NCBI GenBank assembly: GCA_964016885.1
Contig: CAXHJY010001246.1
Coordinates: 21,283-85,282, forward strand
Length of the DNA stretch: 64,000 nucleotides
Reading direction: 5' to 3'
From: Eledone cirrhosa
Lineage: Eukaryota
Positions 56,665 to 64,000 of the stretch are shown piece after piece. Position numbers and translations under genes: made by a program. Position 1 is the first letter of the stretch. Every line of letters begins with the position of its first letter. The notes beneath the pieces are model-generated. The model was not told where the DNA came from. It ran no database searches and saw only the letters and a list, made by a program, of their open reading frames with translations.

Positions 56665-58292
56665 TGGCGGTGGTGGTGGTGGCGGTGGTAGTAGTGGTGA
56701 CGATGGTGAAGGAGGTGGTGGTGTTGGTGGTGGTGTTGTGCTGGTGGTGGTGTTGGTGGTGTTGGTGGTGTTGGTGGTGTTGGTGGTGGTGGTGTTGGTG
56801 GTGTTGTTGGTGGTGGTGGTGTTTGTGTTCGGGTTGGTGTTGGTGGTTGTGGCTGTGTTGGAGGTGTTGGTGGTGTTGGTGGTGTTGGTGGTGTTGTTGG
56901 AGGTGGTGTTGGTGGTGGTGGTGGTGGTGTTGGTGGTGTTGGTGGTGGTGGTGTTGGTGGTGTTGTTGGTGTTGGTGGTGTTGGTGGTGTTGTTGGTGTT
57001 GGTGGTGGTGGTCTTGTTGGTGTTGGAGGTGGTGTTGTTAGTGGTGTTGGTGGTGGTGTTGTTGGAGGTGGTGGTGGTGGTGTTTGTGGTGTTGTTGGTG
57101 GTGGTGTTGGTATTGGTGGTGGTGGTGGTGTTGGTGGTGGTGTTGGTGGTGTTGGTGGTGGTGGTGTTGGTATTGGTGGTGTTGGTGGTGTTGGTGGTGT
57201 TGGTGGTGTTGGTGTTGGTATTGGTGGTGTTGGTGGTGTTGGTGGTGGTGGTGGTGTTGGTGGTGGTGGTGGTGGTGGTGGTGGTGGTATTGGTATTGGT
57301 GGTGTTGTTGGAGGTGGCGTTGGTGGTGTTGGTGGTGGTGTTGTTGTTGGTGGTGGTGTTGGTATTGGTGGTGTTGTTGGAGGTGGTGTTGGTGGTGGTG
57401 TTGGTGGTGTTGGTGGTGGTGTTGGTGGTGTTGGTGGTGTTGGTGTTGGTGGTGTTGGTGGTGTTGGTGGTGTTGGTGTTGGTGGTGTTGGTGATGGTGT
57501 TGGTATTGGTGGTGTTGGTGGTGGTGTTGTTGGTGGTGTTGGTGGTGTTGGTGGTGGTGGTGTTGGTGGTGTTGGTGGTGGTGTTGGTGGTGTTGGTGAT
57601 GGTGTTGGTATTGGTGGTGTTGGTGGTGGTGTTGTTGGTGGTGTTGGTGGTGTTGGTGGTGGTGGTGTTGGTGGTGTTGGTGGTGGTGTTGGTGGTGTTG
57701 GTGATGGTGTTGGTGTTGGTGGTGTTGGTGGTGGTGTTGTTGGTGGTGTTGGTGGTGGTGTTGGTGGTGTTGGTGATGGTGTTGGTATTGGTGGTGTTGG
57801 TGGTGGTGTTGTTGGTGGTGTTGGTGGTGTTGGTGGTGGTGGTGTTGGTGGTGTTGGTGGTGGTGTTGGTGGTGTTGGTGATGGTGTTGGTATTGGTGGT
57901 GTTGGTGGTGGTGTTGTTGGTGGTGTTGGTGGTGTTGGTGGTGGTGGTGTTGGTGGTGTTGGTGGTGGTGTTGGTGGTGTTGGTGATGGTGTTGGTGTTG
58001 GTGGTGTTGGTGGTGGTGTTGGTGGTGTTGGTGATGGTGTTGTATTGGTGGTGTTGGTGGTGGTGTTGTTGGTGGTGTTGGTGGTGTTGGTGGTGTTGGT
58101 GGTGTTGGTGGTGGTGTTGGTGGTGTTGGTGATGGTGTTGGTATTGGTGGTGTTGGTGGTGGTGTTGTTGGTGGTGTTGGTGGTGTTGGTGGTGGTGGTG
58201 TTGGTGGTGTTGGTGGTGGTGTTGGTGGTGTTGGTGATGGTGTTGGTGTTGGTGGTGTTGGAGGTGGTGTTGGAGGTGGTGTTGTTGGTGTT
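56665..58292. repeat. (GGT/GTT)n compound trinucleotide repeat with 105-bp higher-order unit
   Basis: gtgatggtgttggt landmarks at about 57491, 57596, 57701, 57773, 57878 and 57983. Confidence 0.95.
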
Positions 58293-58914
58293 CGTGATAC
58301 TGCTGCTTCCTCGTGTCGTGACTGTCAGCTCATGATTAATTTGTTGTTGTTGTTATTATTGCTGCTGCTGTTGTCGCTGTTGTTATTGTTGTCGCTGTTG
58401 TTGTTGTTGTCGCTGTTGTTGTTGTTACTGCTCATTGCAGTCAATGTGCGTTATTATAAAAGAAATCATTATAATTATTTGATGTTAATGATGATGATGA
58501 TGATGTTGACGATAACGATGATGGTGATGGTGTTGATGATATTGAGAATGATGACGATCATATCTTTTCTCCACGACGACGACGATGACGACGACTATAA
58601 TGATATGTTATTCTCCATTCTCTATTGACATGTGACCAACATATTCAGCTTCCTCCATAACAGACAGAAATTATAGCTTTAGAAATATATTTGTTTATCA
58701 TTAACCGTTTCTTCAAGATATCCATTTAATTAACATATATCATTTGACATTTCATATTTGACAATTTACTCTACACCTGATCGATATCGATAACACTTCT
58801 ATTTGTTTAGCCTAATTGACAAGTCAAAGCACGATTGATTTCGAAATGAGGAATTCCATTATTTCAGAAACTGGTTTAGTTTTCACTTAAAGGAATGGAA
58901 TAAAACGTGTGTTA

Positions 58915-59410
58915 GCACTGGCCATCCTGGGGCAACGATGCGTTCAGCAAATCTTTTGTTTTTGGTCGGTTCCAATGTCGGAGCAACACTGGCCATCCTG
59001 GGGCAACGATGCGTTCAGCAAATCTTTTGTTTTTGGTCGGTTCCAATGTCGGAGCCACACTGGCCATCCTGGGGCAACGATGCGTTCAGCAGATCTTTTG
59101 TTTTTGTTCTGTTCCAATGTCGGAGCCACACTGGCCATTCTGGGGCAATATAAACAGCAACTCGTTTCGTTTTGTTCTGTTCCAATGTCGGGGGGCTGCC
59201 CTGGCCATGCTGGGACAACGCAATCAGCTTCTTTCTTTTTTGGTCGGTTCCAATGTTGTGGCCACACTGGCCATGCTAGGGCAGCAATGTAATCAGCAAG
59301 TCCTTATATGGCGATTCTAATGACGTGGCCATGTTGGGGCAATAACGCATTCGGCAAGTGTTTTTATCGGTTCCATTATCCTGGCCATACTGGGGCAACA
59401 TAATCAGCGT
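58915..59410. repeat. Minisatellite, 71-bp unit x about 7, decaying rightwards
   Basis: cactggccatcctggggcaacgatgcgttcagcaaatcttttgtttttggtcggttccaatgtcggagc. Confidence 0.92.
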
Positions 59411-60031
59411 ACAAAAAAGAAAAAAAAATCAAACACAAAAAAACAAATAAAACAACAACAACAACAACAACAAGAACAACAACAAAATAAAAGAGAAAAA
59501 AGAAAGAGAAAAAAAAGAGATGTCTAGTTGGGAGATTTTTCTGTTGTTTTTTTTTTGTTTTTGTTTTTTTTAGGAGAAAATTCACGAAAGCGGCCATATT
59601 TGCATGGAATGTGACATTGAAGAGAGATTGCATCGGTCAACATTGGATGTTCATATTTTTTTCGTAGATGAGTCCAGTTTAACCGTTGTTATCTTCCTCA
59701 CCAGCGTCTGCAGTTCCAAACTTCACGGCAAATGTACACCACCATTTTTTTAATCCCCAGTCTCTCCTACTCCACTCCACCCTCACCAAAATTACTACTA
59801 CTATTGTTGTTGTTGTTGTTGGGGTTTCTCCATGAGTGGCTCGTGAAGTTTCCTCACTGGGGAATTGTGTTTGTATTTTTTATGGGGTTTTTTTATGTTT
59901 ATTTTCTTAATCTTTCTTATAAATTCTATTACAAACAAAAAAACCCCGACCCACACTGTATCGTCCTATACCGTCCTTAATGTCTCCTTAATGTGAGCCC
60001 TGCGTGGCTAATAAAGAAAGCATTATTATTA

Positions 60032-60440
60032 TGGATTGGCAGTGTCGGTAGAGCGTCAGACGCCATGCTTTGTAGCATAGAGTTATGACCCTTTGTGATC
60101 TGAGTTCAAATTTCGCTAAGGTTAACTTCGCCTTTCATCCTTACGGGGGTCGATAAAATAAAGTACCAGTTATGCACTAGGGTAATTGCTGGTCTTGTGC
60201 CAAAAGTAGAAGCAGTTATTATACTTGGCGCTAGACTGGCAGTATCGGTACAGCATCGGACACCCTGCTTCGCGGCATAGAGGTACGGCCCTTTACGTTC
60301 TCAGTTCAAATCTCGCCGAGGTTAGCTTTGCCTTTCAACTTTACGGGGTCGATAAAATAAAGTACCAGTAATGCACTGGGGGTCGATTTAATCGACTTTA
60401 CCCTCTCCCGTTTAAATTGTCTATAGTAGAAATTATTATT
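60032..60440 (+). mobile_element. Two tandem SINE family A copies (60032-60221, 60227-60440)
   Basis: Each has the head, B box, core and tail of family A. Confidence 0.88.
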
Positions 60441-60472
60441 TTTATTATCATTATAAGTGTTGTATATATATA

Positions 60473-60510
<38 letters not shown>

Positions 60511-61237
60511 TATATAGAGAGAGAGATTTAACAGCTGAACACCGGAAGCCAAACGTGACGTAGGTAATAACTGTAAAAATGAGAAGCCGTACTATATCAA
60601 ATCAAGACATTCATTGGATATGTGATCGGCATTTACATCATCATCATCATCATCATCATCATCTTCGTTTAACGTCCATTTTCCACATATATAAGCTCTC
60701 TCTCTCTATCTCTCTTACTCTCTCTCTCTCGGTCTCTCTCTATCTCTCTATCTCTCTCTCTCTCTTTCACACACACACACACACACTCTCTCTCTCTCTC
60801 TCTATATATATTTATATATATATATATACATACATGCATACATACAAATATATCTGCATGTATTACGTACGTTAATCATTTAGGTAGCGTTCTTTGTTCA
60901 CGAGAAACAACAATGTATAAATGTATGTAAGTTGTAATTTATAATGGCTTCTTGGTTATATACACACAGTTTAGAGATGCGTGCAAATAACTTTCCTCTG
61001 CCGTCTATCAACGTTTGCAGAAATTCATTCCACACGCATGCGCGTGTTTATTGCTTGCCCGTAAGTATAGGAACGTGTAGAAGCATGCATCGTAGCAATA
61101 TATATATATAAATATATATATATGTGTGTGTGTGTATATATTAAGTAATTGGAAATTATAATCCATATTCGTTAACTCCATATATGAATATGTTATATAT
61201 ATATTTATAAATATCCGTAGAGACATACATACTCATA

Positions 61238-61268
<31 letters not shown>

Positions 61269-61272
<4 letters not shown>

Positions 61273-61468
61273 GAACGAGTAGTACCCCGACGGCTGAGCT
61301 CAAGCCGTTTCGACGGCTAATTCTGGACTCAGAATTAGCCGTTGAAACGGCTTGAGCTCAGCCGTCGGGGTCCTACTCGTTCCTATTACCCACTCTACTA
61401 CCCTAAGTATTGAGTACTTTCTTTGGTGCGTTATGGTCCACCTGGTTCCTTACCACATTTCCTTCGTT
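61269..61468. mobile_element. Small TA-embedded element with 57-bp-arm terminal hairpin
   Basis: Arms 61269-61325 and 61330-61386, two mismatches. The body is the reverse complement of 33217-33300. Another body fragment lies at 61689-61771. Confidence 0.88.
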
Positions 61469-61472
61469 TTAT

Positions 61473-61540
<68 letters not shown>

Positions 61541-61769
61541 TCATTATATATGTAGAAGATGCTTACTGAGATATGATATATTCGATTTCTAACTATAATT
61601 CATAGCTGGGTCAACAAATGGATCACATTTTGAGATTTTGTAGCGGTGGCAACAATTGTAAAACAAGTTTGTACACACTGACTCTTTGCCTATTACCCAC
61701 TCTATTACTGATAGAATCGAGTACTCTGGTGCATTATGGTCCACCTGGTATCTTATCACACCTTCTTCG

Positions 61770-61847
<78 letters not shown>

Positions 61848-61852
61848 GTATG

Positions 61853-62695
61853 TTCTTCTGGTTTTATAATTTCACAACTTTTTGCCAATAGAGAGAGAGT
61901 CGGTTTCTAACATAGACACAAGACTCTCATTGGAATTTACACAACATCAACTAGGTAGATATGTATGTATGTCTGTATGCCTGCATGTGTAGATATGGAT
62001 GTTATTGTATGTGTGGATGTGGATGTTTTGAGTTGTATGTGTGCATGTGTATATGCTTAGTATCTGTACATGTGTTTATGCAGTTATTAGATGCAAAATG
62101 TTTGAAATGTTTTACATATTTTTACTGTTCCCTTAATGGATTGTACTTGTAATTTCCTACCTAGTTGTGTTCTTTCTGTTTCTGTGAAGCCTAGCTTCTC
62201 AAGATTTGTATTGAGACAGTTACTAACATACCCCAGTGCCCCAATAATCACAGGCATAAATCTGAAGGTGTAATCAGGGTGGAGTAACTGCAGATTTCTT
62301 ATCAGTTCTATATAAATATTCTCCTTTGTGCTCATCTTTGATATTATATTGGCATCTGCTGGGCAGCTAATTTCCACTACTGTGCATGTTTTCTTCTCTC
62401 TGTCCCATATCATAATATCTGGTCTATTATGCCTGCATTTTATTGGGGGTTTTACTGGAACATTCCACCAGTACTCTTTCATATTATGCACATGGATGTC
62501 TTCCACATTGCTGTAGCTTCTAATCTGTTTATTATCGGGGCTATCTTTTCTACGGATTGCATTGTACAGTGTTTTGGCCACTACATCATGCCTCATAGGT
62601 AGATAGTACTGCGATGACATCTTTGGACAGCTGCTTATGAGATGGTTGACATCTTCGATGTTAATTCTGCAGAGTCTGCACTTGTTATCACATTG
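61853..62695 (-). mobile_element. Second copy of the 2522-4460 R4/Dong-like family, 5'-truncated
   Basis: ORF 62087-62782 is highly similar to 2754-3287 (CRLCRINIEDVNHLISSCPKM...RPDIMIWDREKK). Same 3' UTR, ending in (TACA)n. Confidence 0.92.
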
Positions 62696-63125
62696 TTCGG
62701 TTTGTGTTTTCTTTCGTTGTTTTGTTAGTGTTTTTCTTTTCTTCCCCTTTGCTTTCCTTCCCTCCTTCCTTCGTTTTCCCAATAACTTATCCAGTTATTG
62801 ACGCCCTGGGGTGAAGTGGTACCTTGTCTTTAAAGCGTAGACATATCCTAGACCCCCAGTAGACAACTGATGAGTTACCTGGTAAAAAAACAAAACACAG
62901 ATTACCAGGTAACTTACATTTTCATTACCCTCATCCTACCTTCCATTTTGTATTGTTTAACCTTCTTACATATATCACTGTCCACATTATATATTATATA
63001 CAATGCTATATATATCACTGTCCATATTATATATTATATACAATGCTTCAAGCAAACTACAACATTTTATTTCGTATATATATACACATATGTGTATATA
63101 TGTGTTTGTTTATATATATCTATAT

Positions 63126-63160
<35 letters not shown>

Positions 63161-63296
63161 GTATAGGATTATCCAAGATGTAGTAATGGTTAATTACTAC
63201 ACTGGATATGGTTGACGTACGGTAAGAGGTTACTCTACGAGTTATGGAAGAATTGTTCAAGAAACTTAGTTCCTGATCCTTCAGTATTCCGGAGTG

Positions 63297-63371
63297 TATA
63301 TAAAGAATGAATAATAACAGGTAGACATCATAAAATTACCTTTTTATGATGTCTACCTGTTATTATTCATT

Positions 63372-63380
<9 letters not shown>
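63297..63380. repeat. Perfect hairpin (about 39-bp arms) at the end of a TA-embedded insert (63160-63380)
   Basis: tatataaagaatgaataataacaggtagacatcataaaa / ttttatgatgtctacctgttattattcattctttatata. Confidence 0.92.
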
Positions 63381-63441
<61 letters not shown>

Positions 63442-63637
63442 ACATTTACATACACAGAAATATATATATACATTTCTATATATATACATGTATATATATA
63501 TATGTTTATATGTGTGTATATATATGTGCATCTATCTATCTATCTCTTTCTCTCTCTCTATATATATATATATATATAGAGAGAGAGACTACACATATAC
63601 ATATATATATATATATATAGATAGATAGATAGATATA

Positions 63638-64000
63638 TTTCTTTATTAGCCACAGGGGCACAAAAGAAGGGGACAAATACAAAGGGGGAAGTTTACATAC
63701 AATAAAAACGTGTAAAATGTTATCACAGATGGAATTTAAAAGTTAGTCGATTTTCCCAATAGAGGGAGACAGTTTATATGGGTAACACAGACCCCCGAAA
63801 AAATGTGCAACCCTCATCTCCAGGAGTACGAAGAGCTTGTACTCCTTTCCTCTCCTCCTCCTTTTCCTCAACCTACAGGCTGATATAGAGAGAAGGCCCA
63901 TTCACTCGGGCCATTCTCGCCACTTTCACCCACCTTTCATAAAACTTGCTGGGGTACAGCACCTCTCTCTCCATCCTGATTCTTCTTCCAAAGTGGTATT
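63638..64000 (-). mobile_element. L1/Tx1-like LINE 3' end (continues beyond window)
   Basis: Minus strand YHFGRRIRMEREVLYPSKFYERWVKVARMARVNGPSLYISL* resembles Tx1-type ORF2 termini (F...W). It is followed by a 3' UTR with gctaataaagaaa running into simple repeat. Confidence 0.6.

Noticed and set aside
56738-58132. 464-aa poly-Val/Leu ORF (and the 264-aa ORF at 40085-40879)
   Set aside because: Trinucleotide repeat with no ATG-anchored unique sequence, domain or splice evidence.

Overview
This is eukaryotic, AT-rich, repeat-saturated DNA with no intact protein-coding gene. The SINE families and LINE fragments resemble those I recognise from octopod cephalopod genomes (inference; species not determinable). 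Nearly all ORFs in the supplied track are translations of (TA)n, (TG)n, (TATG)n, (CT)n or (GGT/GTT)n microsatellites. Real coding remnants are all transposon-derived: Penelope-like RT and GIY-YIG fragments, four R4/Dong-type RLE LINE fragments, RTE-type LINE fragments (one with C-terminal C2H2 fingers), an L1/Tx1-like 3' end and a Helitron helicase 3' end. Two tRNA-derived SINE families, nested Tc1/mariner-type MITEs and several minisatellites, some SINE- or LINE-derived, fill much of the rest. The most notable structure is a dense population of short non-coding inserts embedded in (TA)n tracts. Many carry minimal type-I hammerhead ribozyme cores, one with a compensatory U3-A8 core, and many end in long fold-back palindromes. 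This fits a Penelope pseudo-LTR/retrozyme-like system. The best host-gene signal is a candidate 14-nt minus-strand microexon at 50491-50504. Element boundaries were set by eye and are approximate.
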